A stretch of DNA of 64,000 bases from a virus. The notes beneath the pieces are model-generated. The model saw only the letters and a program-made list of their open reading frames with translations, was not told the origin of the DNA and made no database searches. The position numbers and the translations under genes were made by a program. Where the stretch lies: positions 1 to 64,000 of the IMG/VR virus record IMGVR_UViG_3300042564_006100; one strand, 5' to 3'. Of this stretch, positions 45,960 through 56,354 are shown piece after piece; within the stretch, counting starts at the first letter, position 1, and each line of letters opens with the position of its first letter.

Positions 45960-46568
45960 GTGAACCCCATCTACAAACACCCCACGATCAAGGATCTCGC
46001 ACAGGTCCGGGCCGGCTACCAGACCCGGAAAGAGGTGAAATCCACCCCGACCGGGTCGCATGCCCTACTCCAAATCCGAGACTTCAACGACGAGCGCACC
46101 CGGATCGATCTCGAAAACATCGTTCGCATTGAGCCGGGGGCAATCAACGAGGACCAAGTGCTCCGCGATGGAGACGTGATCTTCCTCTCGAAGGGCAGCA
46201 AGAATTTCAGCTTTGCGCCATCCTCTCTCCCTGAGCCCGCGCTGGCGGCATCATATTTTTTCATCCTCCGCCCGTCACATTCTTTATCCTCCGACTACCT
46301 CGCATGGTTCCTGAACCTGGAGAGCACCAAAGACCACTTACGTAAATATGCGACTCAGGGCGCGCACATGTCTGTTGTTCGTCGGGACGTTCTCGAAAGC
46401 TTGGAAGTCCCACTGCCGGATTTGGAGACCCAGCAAAAAATCGTCGAGCTTGCCACGCTTGCCGAACGGCAGCATGCGCTGCACGCGGAACTTGCGGAGA
46501 AGAAGAAGAGCCTAGCGACTGCCGCATGCCTTAAAGCCGCCAAACAATCTACCAACCAAACACAATGA
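45960..46568 (+). CDS. Half-size type I R-M specificity subunit-like protein
   Basis: Single TRD, LEVPLPDLETQQKIV; ATGA-coupled to hsdM. Confidence 0.75.
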   Translation: MNPIYKHPTIKDLAQVRAGYQTRKEVKSTPTGSHALLQIRDFNDERTRIDLENIVRIEPGAINEDQVLRDGDVIFLSKGSKNFSFAPSSLPEPALAASYFFILRPSHSLSSDYLAWFLNLESTKDHLRKYATQGAHMSVVRRDVLESLEVPLPDLETQQKIVELATLAERQHALHAELAEKKKSLATAACLKAAKQSTNQTQ

Positions 46569-48073
46569 CCGACCAACAAATTAAAGACGAAATCTTCAAC
46601 GTCGTGTGGAGTGCCTGCGATACCTTTCGCGGCGTCATCGATCCCAGTGGCTACAAGGACTACATCCTAACGATGTTGTTCGTGAAGTACCTGAGCGACG
46701 TCCGGAAGTCGAAGCTCGAAGAATACGAGGTGAAATACAAACGCGATCAAACCCGCATTGATCGGGCCATGTCCCGGGAGCGCTTCACTGTTCCCGAGGA
46801 TTGCACCTTCGAGTTCATCTACTCCAACCGTGATGACAGCAACATTGGCCAAGTCATCAACACCGTCCTAGAGAAAATCGAAGACGCCAACAAGGCCAAG
46901 CTCCACAACGTCTTCCGCAACATCGACTTCAACAGCGAGTCCAACCTTGGTAAGACCCGCCAGCGCAACCAGCGACTCAAGACGGTGCTGGAGGACTTTG
47001 CGAATAAGAAGCTCGACCTTCGGCCCGAGCGCGTGGGCCACATGGACATCGTCGGCGACGTTTACGAATACCTGATTTCCCGGTTCGCGGCACAGGCTGG
47101 AAAGAAGGCTGGCGAGTTTTACACCCCGGCTGAGGTATCCGAGACCCTCGCCCGCTTGGTTGCCCCTCAGGACGGCGACCGCATTTGTGATCCAACCTGC
47201 GGGTCGGGCTCGCTCCTCGTCAAGGCCTCAAAGCAGGTCCCCACGAAGAACTTCTCGCTCTTCGGTCAGGAGATGAACGGTAGCACATGGGCGCTGTGCA
47301 AAATGAACATGTTCCTGCACGAAGTCGATGCCGCACGCATCGAGTGGGAAGACACGATCCGCCACCCGATGCTAGTCGAGAATGACGCCCTGATGAAGTT
47401 TGACGTCGTCATCGCCAATCCACCTTTCAGTCTCGACAAGTGGGGGCAGGAGATCGCGGCCAGTGATCAATACGACCGCTTCCACGCCGGGATTCCACCG
47501 AAGAGCAAGGGCGACTGGGCCTTCATCAGCCACATGATTGCCACCGCGCTTGAGGGCAAAGGGCGAGTCGGCGTCGTCGTCCCTCACGGTGTCCTCTTCC
47601 GTGGCGGGCAGGAGGGAACGATTCGTCAATACATGATCGAGCAGAACTACCTTGCCGGGGTGGTCGGCCTGCCTAGTAACCTATTTTATGGAGCCGGAAT
47701 CCCAGCGGCGCTACTGATCTTCGATAAGAGCCGAACGACCGGGGCGAAGGAGGACGTCTTCTTCATCGACGCCTCTCGCGAGTTCGAGCAGGGCACCAAC
47801 CAGAACCGACTGCGGCCGCAGGACATGAACAAGATCGTCGAGACCTTCCAGAAGCGGACCGTCATCGACAAATACTCCTACCTCGCAAGGTTCGACGAGA
47901 TCGCGGAGAACGACTACAACCTGAATATCCCGCGCTACGTCGACACCTTCGAGCCCGAGGCAGAGATCGACATGGCGGAGGTACAGAAGGACATCGGTCA
48001 CATCAAAAAGGAACTGGCCGAGGTTGAGGCGCAGATGGAAATTTACCTGGAGGAACTCGGATTCAAACCATGA
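46565..48073 (+). CDS. hsdM: Type I R-M methyltransferase subunit
   Basis: GEFYTP, DPTCGSGS, ANPPF, NLNIPRYVD. Confidence 0.95.
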   Translation: MTDQQIKDEIFNVVWSACDTFRGVIDPSGYKDYILTMLFVKYLSDVRKSKLEEYEVKYKRDQTRIDRAMSRERFTVPEDCTFEFIYSNRDDSNIGQVINTVLEKIEDANKAKLHNVFRNIDFNSESNLGKTRQRNQRLKTVLEDFANKKLDLRPERVGHMDIVGDVYEYLISRFAAQAGKKAGEFYTPAEVSETLARLVAPQDGDRICDPTCGSGSLLVKASKQVPTKNFSLFGQEMNGSTWALCKMNMFLHEVDAARIEWEDTIRHPMLVENDALMKFDVVIANPPFSLDKWGQEIAASDQYDRFHAGIPPKSKGDWAFISHMIATALEGKGRVGVVVPHGVLFRGGQEGTIRQYMIEQNYLAGVVGLPSNLFYGAGIPAALLIFDKSRTTGAKEDVFFIDASREFEQGTNQNRLRPQDMNKIVETFQKRTVIDKYSYLARFDEIAENDYNLNIPRYVDTFEPEAEIDMAEVQKDIGHIKKELAEVEAQMEIYLEELGFKP

Positions 48074-49323
48074 GTGATCGGAACAAAAACAAGCCCGGCT
48101 ATAAGGAGACCAAAGCTGGGTGGATGCCAAGCGATTGGCAGTGTCGAACCTTGGATTCGATAGCAACCCGCCTAACTGGGCATACCCCTGACAACAATGT
48201 TCCGGAGTACTGGAACGGTGGAGTAAAATGGGTTTCTCTGGCCGACTCAGATCGTCTTGATCGAGGCTTGATTCTTAGCACCGACAAGGAAATCAGCGAT
48301 CTGGGCATCAAGCACTCCTCTGCCCGTCGACTGCCATACGGCACGGTAGTTCTGTTGAGAGATGCTTCGGTCGGAAAGGTCGGGATTCTTGCTCAAGAAA
48401 TGGCTGTTAGTCAGCACTTCGTGGCATGGGTCTGCGGTGGAGAACTTGAGAACCGCTATCTCTACTACTGGCTATTGTCGCAACGGAGGCTTTTTGTTCG
48501 CGTGGCTGTAGGCACCACCATCGTCACAATTGGAATGCCATTTTTCGCTAAGCTCACGGTGCCTGTGCCACCCCTGCCCGAGCAGATTGAAATCGCTGAC
48601 ATTCTCACCACCTGCGACGAGGTTATTGAGAAGACGAGCGCGCTGATAAACTCAAAGAAGCAGCAGAAAAAAACACTCATGCATCAACTACTCACCGGTA
48701 AGAAACGCCTGCCAAGGTTTGAGGGGGAGTGGACCAAGGTTGTGCTGGCTAATCTTTGCACACGACTGAAGGAGGTTGCAGAGAATCCCGATGGATACCC
48801 CGTTCTCAGTATTACAGCCAGAACTGGATTCGTTTCCCAGGAAGATAAGTTCAGCCGCGTGATCGCGGGCAAGCAGGTTGAGAACTACGTTGTACTGAAG
48901 CGTGGAGATTTCGCTTACAACAAAGGAAACTCTTACCTGTATCCACAAGGCTGTGTCTATCAGCTATCAGAATACGATGAGGGTCTTGTTCCCAATGTTT
49001 TTTACTCATTCAGGCTCGATGAAGCGTGTGCGGATGCTGATTTCATCAAGCAGTACTTCCTTGCGGGCTTGCACAACAAGGATCTGTACCGCTGGATCAA
49101 CTCCGGGGTGCGGAACAATGGATTGCTTAATTTGAACGCATCGGATTTTTTCAAACTGCCGATCAGTCTCCCACCACTGCCTGAGCAGAAAGCCATTGGA
49201 AATGTTTTCCGTGAGGCTGACACCGAGATCAGAGCGCTCGATGCGAAGCTGAAGTCACTCAAGCAGCAGAAAAAAGCACTGATGCAAAAACTCCTCACTG
49301 GCCAAGTCCGCGTGAAGGTCTGA
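48070..49323 (+). CDS. hsdS: Type I R-M specificity subunit
   Basis: Two TRDs, PPLPEQ x2, LMQKLLTG. Confidence 0.93.
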   Translation: MSDRNKNKPGYKETKAGWMPSDWQCRTLDSIATRLTGHTPDNNVPEYWNGGVKWVSLADSDRLDRGLILSTDKEISDLGIKHSSARRLPYGTVVLLRDASVGKVGILAQEMAVSQHFVAWVCGGELENRYLYYWLLSQRRLFVRVAVGTTIVTIGMPFFAKLTVPVPPLPEQIEIADILTTCDEVIEKTSALINSKKQQKKTLMHQLLTGKKRLPRFEGEWTKVVLANLCTRLKEVAENPDGYPVLSITARTGFVSQEDKFSRVIAGKQVENYVVLKRGDFAYNKGNSYLYPQGCVYQLSEYDEGLVPNVFYSFRLDEACADADFIKQYFLAGLHNKDLYRWINSGVRNNGLLNLNASDFFKLPISLPPLPEQKAIGNVFREADTEIRALDAKLKSLKQQKKALMQKLLTGQVRVKV

Positions 49324-49335
49324 CCCCACCAAATC

Positions 49336-52300
49336 ATGGAATACGCAACGCATTATCAGACCCCGAGCTACCTTGAAAAGGTGCAGAGCCAGCTTCCGGC
49401 TTTGCAGCTGCTCATCGAGATGGGGTGGGAATACCTGCCGCCGGAAGAATGCAACCGCCTGCGTGGAGACCGGTTAGGAACGGCCATTCTGGAACCGATT
49501 CTACTCGACTTCATCCGCAAGAACGGGCGCTACACCTTCAAGGGACGGGAGCATGTCTTTACCGAGAACGCTGTTGCCAACGCAGTTCAGGTGCTCAAAG
49601 CCTTCCGAGCCACCGGTGCAATTCACCAGAACGAGGAGGCCTACGACCTACTCTGCCTCGGCACCAGTGTGCCACAGACGGTGGATGGTGACACCAAGAG
49701 CTTTTCCATTGGCTACATCGACTGGAAGCACCCGGAGAACAACCGTTATCACTGTACCGCCGAGTTCAAGGTTGAGCGAGTTGGCCTGCAAAAGCACTAC
49801 ATCCCGGACATCATCCTATACGTCAACGGCATCCCGCTGGTGGTGATCGAATGCAAGCGGAGCGCCTACAACGACCTCAAGAAACAGCCAATCGATCTGG
49901 CGATTGACCAGTTGCGCGGCTACCAGCAGAAGGATGGCATCCCCCAGGTTTTCCTCTATTCGCAGCTCCTTCTCGCCCTCGCGCGAGACAAGGCGGAATA
50001 CGGCACCACTGGCACGCCTCGGAAATTCTGGACGGTGTGGAAGGAAGACGGATTGGACAAATCGATCCTTGAGCTGATCCATCGCCCCATGAAGGAAGGT
50101 TCGCCACTCCTCGATGCGCCCTTCCAGCAGGAAGCTGCTGAGTTTCTAAAACTCCACAACGGGAGACGGGCCATTTATGCGCAGGACCGAGCCCTCTACT
50201 CCCTTTGCCGGCCCGAGCGCCTGCTACAGCTGACCTACCAGAATATCGTTTACGACAACGGCACCAAGAAGATTGCCCGCTACCAGCAGTTCTTTGCGGT
50301 GGCAGACATCTTGAGGCGGATCCGCAGCGGCGGGTCGTCCGAGCCTAGGGCTGGCGGCGTGGTCTGGCAAACCCAGGGCAGTGGGAAGTCGCTCACCATG
50401 GTGATGCTGGCCAAAGCCCTTGCGCTAGCCCCAGATGTTCTCACACCCAAGGTGATTCTCGTGACCGATCGGATCGACCTGGACGACCAGATCTGCGGCA
50501 CCTTCCGTGCCTGCGGTCTGGAACCCGAGCAGGCCAGCACTGGCGAGCATCTCGTCAAACTCATGAACGATGACAAGGCTCACGTCGTAACCACTCTGAT
50601 CCACAAGTTCGAGGCAGCGACGAAGAACCGCGGACTGGCGGAGGTCTCCCGCGATACATTCGTCTTGGTGGATGAAGCCCACCGAAGCAACTACTCAGAG
50701 CATCATGCTCGGATGAAAATAGCGCTAAAGGGGGCCTGCTTCATCGCCTTCACCGGAACGCCGCTGGCGAAGGACGCGAAGAAAAATACCTTTGGCAAGT
50801 TTGGCGCTTTGTTCACTCCGCCCTACACAATTTCGCAAGCGGTGGCCGACGGAGCGGTGACGCCACTTCTCTACGAGGCCCGACATGTCCCCCAAAACGT
50901 CGATCAAGGGCCGATTGACAGTTGGTTTGAGAAGTTGACGCTTGGATTGAACGAGAAGCAGCGGGCTGACCTGAAGCGAAAGTTTTCCTCCGCGAGGCAA
51001 TTGAACAAAGCTGAGCAGAAGGTGCGCATGGTCGCATGGGATGTCACCCGACACTACGTAACGACCTACCAGGGAACCGGTATGAAGGGCCAGCTGGTGG
51101 CTCCCGACAAGGCTACTGCGCTACTCTACAAGAGCTTCTTCGATGAGTTTGACCAGGTTAGCACCGAGATCCTGATGTCCGGGCCGAACACCGCTGAGGG
51201 CGAGGACGGCAAAAAGAAGGAAGTCTCCACGCACGAGAAGACGTTCTGGAATCGAATGATGGACCGCTATGGCTCCGAGGATAAATACAACAAGCAGCTG
51301 ATCAATGCATTCAAGAAGGGTGACGAGCCAGAGATCATCATCGTGGTCGATAAGCTGCTCACTGGTTTCGACGCACCCTGCAACGCGGTTCTATACCTCG
51401 CCAGGACCCTGAAGGGGCACACCCTGCTGCAGGCCATCGCGCGGGTGAACCGTCTTTTCGATGGCAAAGAATACGGTCTCATTCTTGACTACAGCGGCGT
51501 GATAGAGGAACTGGACGAGGCAATTGATTTCTACTCTCAACTCGCCGATTTCGATGAATCGGATCTCGCGGAAACCGTGCACACCGTTGAGGAGGAAGCT
51601 GCCAAGCTTCCGCAGTATCATTCTGATCTCTGGGAACTCTTTGCTGCTCTAAAAGGAAGCGCCGACCCGGAAGTGTTTGCCCAGAGCCTGCGCGATGAAG
51701 AAAAGCGCAACCGGTTCTATGAGCGCTTCAGCCTCTTCGCTCGAACTCTTTCGATGGCGCTGTCATCCACCACTTTTCTGACGAACACGCCGGAGAAAAC
51801 AGTCCAGCGCTACAAGACAGACCTGAAGTTCTTCGCCAACCTAAGGGCTGACGTTTCCATCCGATTCCAAGAGCGCATCGATTTCTCCGAGTATGAACCC
51901 AAGATCCAGAAGCTGCTCGACACGCATGTGGGTGCCGGGGAGATTGTGAAACTTTGCGAACCGATCAACCTGTTTGATGCCAAGGAGCGCCAAGAGGTGC
52001 TGGAGGACCAGGGGAAGAGCGCGGAGGCCAAAGCTGACATGATTGCCTCGGCCACGCAGCGCACAATCGAGAAGGAGATGGAGAAAGATCCCGCATTCTA
52101 CACCAAGTTCTCGAAGATGCTTCGGGACGTGCTGGAGGCTCTCCAACAGAAGCGGATGGAGGCTATCGAGGCGCTGGAGAAAATCAAGGACATCGCAACC
52201 AAGGTAGCTACCCACACCGACGACAGCATCCCCGAAGAACTCGTAACCCGCGACATGGCTAGACGATACTACGGAGTGATCCGGGAAGAAGTCCGCGAAC

Positions 52301-52533
52301 ACAACGCCCAGCCCAAGGCTGCGATCCGGATTGCCATGGAGATCCAGAGCCGAATTGGGGATCACAAAATACGGGACTTCCGGGATAATCCCGATGCCCT
52401 GAACCGGATGCGGAATGAAATCGACGACGTGTTCTTCGAGGTGATCGAGGAGATGGGGCTCGAGATCCCATTGGACGTTCAGGATAAGTTGATCGACAAG
52501 TGCATTGAAATCACGATCGCCAATGAGGACTGA
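49336..52533 (+). CDS. hsdR: Type I R-M restriction subunit
   Basis: PD..IECK, QGSGKS, DEAH, FTGTP, QAIARVNR. Confidence 0.95.
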   Translation: MEYATHYQTPSYLEKVQSQLPALQLLIEMGWEYLPPEECNRLRGDRLGTAILEPILLDFIRKNGRYTFKGREHVFTENAVANAVQVLKAFRATGAIHQNEEAYDLLCLGTSVPQTVDGDTKSFSIGYIDWKHPENNRYHCTAEFKVERVGLQKHYIPDIILYVNGIPLVVIECKRSAYNDLKKQPIDLAIDQLRGYQQKDGIPQVFLYSQLLLALARDKAEYGTTGTPRKFWTVWKEDGLDKSILELIHRPMKEGSPLLDAPFQQEAAEFLKLHNGRRAIYAQDRALYSLCRPERLLQLTYQNIVYDNGTKKIARYQQFFAVADILRRIRSGGSSEPRAGGVVWQTQGSGKSLTMVMLAKALALAPDVLTPKVILVTDRIDLDDQICGTFRACGLEPEQASTGEHLVKLMNDDKAHVVTTLIHKFEAATKNRGLAEVSRDTFVLVDEAHRSNYSEHHARMKIALKGACFIAFTGTPLAKDAKKNTFGKFGALFTPPYTISQAVADGAVTPLLYEARHVPQNVDQGPIDSWFEKLTLGLNEKQRADLKRKFSSARQLNKAEQKVRMVAWDVTRHYVTTYQGTGMKGQLVAPDKATALLYKSFFDEFDQVSTEILMSGPNTAEGEDGKKKEVSTHEKTFWNRMMDRYGSEDKYNKQLINAFKKGDEPEIIIVVDKLLTGFDAPCNAVLYLARTLKGHTLLQAIARVNRLFDGKEYGLILDYSGVIEELDEAIDFYSQLADFDESDLAETVHTVEEEAAKLPQYHSDLWELFAALKGSADPEVFAQSLRDEEKRNRFYERFSLFARTLSMALSSTTFLTNTPEKTVQRYKTDLKFFANLRADVSIRFQERIDFSEYEPKIQKLLDTHVGAGEIVKLCEPINLFDAKERQEVLEDQGKSAEAKADMIASATQRTIEKEMEKDPAFYTKFSKMLRDVLEALQQKRMEAIEALEKIKDIATKVATHTDDSIPEELVTRDMARRYYGVIREEVREHNAQPKAAIRIAMEIQSRIGDHKIRDFRDNPDALNRMRNEIDDVFFEVIEEMGLEIPLDVQDKLIDKCIEITIANED

Positions 52534-53266
52534 GCCGGCAGAGTGGATACTCGTATATGGCGAGCGGCGCATCCCCTACCAACTTCGATTCTCGGACCGA
52601 AAGCGAATGCGCATCGTAGTGAAGCCGGATCTGAGTGTCATGGTAGATGTGCCGAATGGATTCAACGAGGACGAGGTCAGGGATGCCCTGCGCTCGAAGG
52701 CCCGATGGATCGTACGGCAACTTGGCGAGTTTGAAGACTACCTCCCGCTACCGACACCCTACAAGTTCATCAGTGGCGAAACCTTTGTTTACCTGGGTCG
52801 GCAATACCGACTGAAAGTCGAGCAAGGGGCGAAAGCACCTGCAAAGCTCCGTGGGCGCTTTCTTCATGTCACAGTTCCGGAAAGGGCTGATGATAAAGCG
52901 GTTCGCTCTGCCGTTGATTCCTGGTATCGTGAGCGGGCAGACGACGTTTTTCGCCGCTACCTCGCAAGTTGCATGACTGTGGCTGGCCGCCACGGGGTGA
53001 ATGAGCCTTTCCTTACGATCCGGGAAATGCGCACTCGGTGGGGGAGCTGTAGCGCTGCTGGCCGAGTGACTCTGAACCTTCGTCTCATCTATGCCCCGGT
53101 CCACTGCATCGAGTATGTGGTGATGCACGAGCTCTGCCACCTAGTCCACCACGACCACTCGCCGCAGTTCTTTCGACTCCTGACCCGCTGCATGCCCGAC
53201 TGGAAGAAGCGGCGAGCTGTTCTCAGCCGCGTGGTTATTCCCATTCAGCCGCCACCAAAAGCCTAA
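52523..53266 (+). CDS. YgjP/M48-like zinc metallopeptidase (DUF45)
   Basis: RWGSC, HELCH, HSPQF. Confidence 0.9.
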   Translation: MRTEPAEWILVYGERRIPYQLRFSDRKRMRIVVKPDLSVMVDVPNGFNEDEVRDALRSKARWIVRQLGEFEDYLPLPTPYKFISGETFVYLGRQYRLKVEQGAKAPAKLRGRFLHVTVPERADDKAVRSAVDSWYRERADDVFRRYLASCMTVAGRHGVNEPFLTIREMRTRWGSCSAAGRVTLNLRLIYAPVHCIEYVVMHELCHLVHHDHSPQFFRLLTRCMPDWKKRRAVLSRVVIPIQPPPKA

Positions 53267-53576
53267 ACCTCGCGTGCTTCTCTGATTACGCACCTTTTTT
53301 GGGCAAGCATTGCCTTGCGCCCCGCACTGGATTCTGCTGAGGTCCGCCCATGGAGTCCAACGGATCAGATTCTCACAACCAGCCCAATGCGGACACATTT
53401 TGCGACCCTGTCTCGTTCTCGGGCGGATTTCTCGTTGGGGTCAAGCCGCCTCTCTGGTTCACCCCTCACCACATCGTCACGATGATACAGGGAATGGAAT
53501 CGAGGATTGTTGCCAATCCGCCATTTGGGGCACCGACACGGGACTGCTGATTTCACCTGATTGGGTTCATGGGCGG

Positions 53577-53720
53577 TCATCCCACCCTCATCCGCTCAAT
53601 CGCCGCCGCCACATCCACCACCCGGAACCGGACGGCCTTGTCCATTTTGAAGTAGGGGATCAGGCCACCCACGCGCCAGTTCGTGAGCTGGCAGTCGCAG
53701 GCTTTGAGGTTGCTATGAAC
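53577..53720 (-). pseudogene. Excisionase-like HTH remnant
   Basis: NWRVGGLIPYFKMDKAVRF with no clear start. Confidence 0.45.
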
Positions 53721-53764
53721 GTGGTGGAGGCTAATCCGTGCGGTTGAGGTTACTACCGAAATGA

Positions 53765-53793
53765 CCTTGATCCGACTCGCCGATCTGGCAGAT
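53765..53793 (+). promoter_or_regulatory. CCTTGAT-N15-GGCAGAT motif facing integrase 2
   Basis: Near-identical to 6-34; related to 1263-1291. Confidence 0.55.
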
Positions 53794-53888
53794 GTATGAC
53801 GGATGGAAGAGAACCTGACCAGACATGCTGACTCCCGGATTCGTGGGAGTGCGGCGGTGCTCGGCAAAGGTTCAAACCCTCTCATGGT

Positions 53889-54135
53889 CCGGGACAGAAT
53901 CCCCGGATTCCATGAGAATTCCATGAAAACCGCCGTGTCGCTAGGCATCGCCCTTCGCCACCGGCAAACAACCAACACGCACAAGAGCCAGTAAATATGA
54001 GCAAAAGCAGACAAGCAGGTGGGGTCCTAACCCCTCCGCCATCTGGTTGCTCAATCGACGCAACTGATACGCCATCAACAACTTGCGAGCCTTCAGAGCA
54101 AACCGGGACAGATTTTCCTGACAGTTTTTCTGACA
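53889..54135. other. Putative att junction between prophage A and B
   Basis: Core TCCGCCATC 54035-54043; ATTCCATGA x2 53906-53926; TTTyCTGACA x2 54113-54135. Confidence 0.55.
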
Positions 54136-54158
54136 AGTTGACTCGAAAGCCGGGGTCT

Positions 54159-55487
54159 ATGACCCGGAAACGCAAACGCCGTAGCAGTGTCGTGGAAATC
54201 GGCAACGGTCCCGCGAGAATCAAAATCTACACGATGAACCGTCGGGATGGTTATCCCGAGTTCACGCTTTCATGGAAGGAGGCGGCCAGGCGCAAGACGC
54301 GCAGCTTCTCCTCGATGGACGAAGCACGGATGATCGCCCAGCAGATCAGCGTCCGTCTGACCAATGGCTGGACGGCCGCCGATGAAGCGACCCGCCGCGA
54401 CATCGACCTGCTCCGCCACTGCGAGCAAGTAGCTCGTGAGCATGGAGTCGGTCTTTCCGCCGCGATGGACGAATGGGCCAGCGCACGGAAAGCCGCAGGT
54501 GAAATCCCACTGTCCGATGCGGTGCGGTTCTATCAAGCAAACCGGGCAGATCTATTTGCCGTCCGCACCAACGTCCAGGTAGCCGCCGAGTTCGTCGTGT
54601 CGCTGAAACGCAAGGGCGTGAGTGCCATCTATGTTCGGAACGCGACTAGCAGCCTCAAGCGGGTCACCGATGCCATGCCGGGAAATATCGCAGATGTCAG
54701 CGTGGCCGACATCAACCGGTTCCTCGACAGCCTCAAGACGCTTGGGCCGGTCAGCAAGAACGGCATTCGGCGCAACCTCGTTACGATGTTTGGATTCGCC
54801 AAGAAACAGGGATACCTCCATCCCGACCGGAAAACTGCTGCGGAACAGAGCGACTCGTTCAAGGAGCCTGAGAAGGAGATCGAGATTTTTACGCCGGACG
54901 AGATGCGTGACATCCTGCTCGCCGCCCACGCCCGCATCCTGCCGCTCATCGCCATCGGCGGATTTTGCGGAATTCGGTCTGCCGAGGTCGAACGCCTCAC
55001 CTGGCAGGACATCAAATGGGATCGCGGCCACATCGAGATCGCCGGCCACAAGGCGAAGACGGCGGCGCGGCGACTCGTCCCCCTCCCCGAGAATCTCAAG
55101 GCGTGGCTTGCGCCATGGCGTGATGAAACCGGCCCTATCCTCACGATCAGCGATGTATCGGGTGCCTTGGGTGATACCGCAGTGAAGGCGAAAATCCCCG
55201 GCGGATGGCGTCAGAATGCCCTCAGACACTCGTTCATCAGCTATCGAGTATCACTGACAGGCGACGTAGCTCGAACCTCTCTGGAGGCAGGCAACTCCCC
55301 GAAAATGATCTTCCGCCACTATCGGGAAATCGTGGATGAGGAAGCCGCCCGGACATGGTTCGGGATGACGCCTCCCGATGGCTGGATGCCGACGGGACTC
55401 AAGCACAGCCTGCGGGAACGGATGTGGCGCTTGCTGGCACAAGATGGGACACCGCGTGTTGACAGCGATAACAGTGAGCAATCATGA
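54159..55487 (+). CDS. Tyrosine recombinase / phage integrase 2
   Basis: Close paralog of integrase 1 with the same catalytic motifs. Confidence 0.93.
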   Translation: MTRKRKRRSSVVEIGNGPARIKIYTMNRRDGYPEFTLSWKEAARRKTRSFSSMDEARMIAQQISVRLTNGWTAADEATRRDIDLLRHCEQVAREHGVGLSAAMDEWASARKAAGEIPLSDAVRFYQANRADLFAVRTNVQVAAEFVVSLKRKGVSAIYVRNATSSLKRVTDAMPGNIADVSVADINRFLDSLKTLGPVSKNGIRRNLVTMFGFAKKQGYLHPDRKTAAEQSDSFKEPEKEIEIFTPDEMRDILLAAHARILPLIAIGGFCGIRSAEVERLTWQDIKWDRGHIEIAGHKAKTAARRLVPLPENLKAWLAPWRDETGPILTISDVSGALGDTAVKAKIPGGWRQNALRHSFISYRVSLTGDVARTSLEAGNSPKMIFRHYREIVDEEAARTWFGMTPPDGWMPTGLKHSLRERMWRLLAQDGTPRVDSDNSEQS

Positions 55488-55711
55488 AAACACTCACTCA
55501 CACCACCAACGATCCGGCGACGAAGAACGATCCCATTCTGATCAAAAAGAAGGAACTCGCAAAACGGCTCTCAGTCAGCCCCCACACGATTGATGCGTGG
55601 GTTCAGCGTCGTGAAATACCGTGCATCAAAGTGACTCCTCGACTTTATCTCTACGAAGTCGAGGCAGTCATGGACGCCATCCGGAGGAAATACGGAACCA
55701 ACGCCGCCTGA
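55484..55711 (+). CDS. Excisionase-like HTH protein
   Basis: LIKKKELAKRLSVS. Confidence 0.8.
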   Translation: MKTLTHTTNDPATKNDPILIKKKELAKRLSVSPHTIDAWVQRREIPCIKVTPRLYLYEVEAVMDAIRRKYGTNAA

Positions 55712-55723
55712 TTCCTGAACACG

Positions 55724-55759
55724 AAAAACCCCGGACGGTGAAAGCCATCCGGGGTTTTT
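55724..55759. terminator. Bidirectional intrinsic terminator
   Basis: Identical to 3262-3297. Confidence 0.85.
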
Positions 55760-55766
55760 CATTGGT

Positions 55767-55955
55767 TCACTTTCGCCTCAGTTTTCGAGCCATGCTGACG
55801 AGCGACATGATACCGACGGCCAGACCCACAAGTAGAGATGCCACCCGCAAAGTCCATTCGACTTGCTCTTGAAGAGACGTGATTACACCGAGCACCGGAG
55901 AAGCGATTCCGACGATGGCCTTGAATGTGTAGTCGATGTCGATTGGGTGGCGCAT
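55767..55955 (-). CDS. Small two-TM membrane protein (holin-like)
   Basis: Two hydrophobic segments, basic C-terminus. Confidence 0.55.
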   Translation of the reverse strand: MRHPIDIDYTFKAIVGIASPVLGVITSLQEQVEWTLRVASLLVGLAVGIMSLVSMARKLRRK

Positions 55956-55973
55956 GGCGACTGGTGGCCGGTG

Positions 55974-56354
55974 TCAATCGCCCTGCGGCTGATAGGGTCC
56001 CTCTCCCACGGTGATGGTGCCATCCGGATTCATCGTGAACTCGTGGGTTGGCCGTACGATGTCCGGCAAGACTTCGTCCAGTGCTGCAATGGAGTCGATC
56101 ACCTCGGTGAGTGCGCCATGCGCCTGTGCGATACGAACAGCATCGGTGCCGAGAGCGTCCACAGCTTGCTGCGGAGTGAGTCTAGGATGGTGCCAGATTC
56201 GGCTAGCGCCCTGCTTTTGGATCTGGCAGAGCCGTTTGTATCCTTCGCGGGCGTCGGCGAGAACGGCGGCACGAAGCCGCGATGCCTCACGGGCCAAGCT
56301 GATTTCCGGCACTTCGGGCGAGGCCGGGGTGGCGAAGATTTTGGTGTTGCTCAT
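55974..56354 (-). CDS. Hypothetical phage protein
   Basis: ATGA-coupled operon member. Confidence 0.6.
   Translation of the reverse strand: MSNTKIFATPASPEVPEISLAREASRLRAAVLADAREGYKRLCQIQKQGASRIWHHPRLTPQQAVDALGTDAVRIAQAHGALTEVIDSIAALDEVLPDIVRPTHEFTMNPDGTITVGEGPYQPQGD

Larger units (their letters stand above)
1534..54043. mobile_element. Prophage A (~52.5 kb, siphovirus-like, tail operon truncated)
   Basis: Integrase at left end; head, tail, terminase and replication modules; 9-bp direct repeat and matching arm repeats at both ends. Confidence 0.75.
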
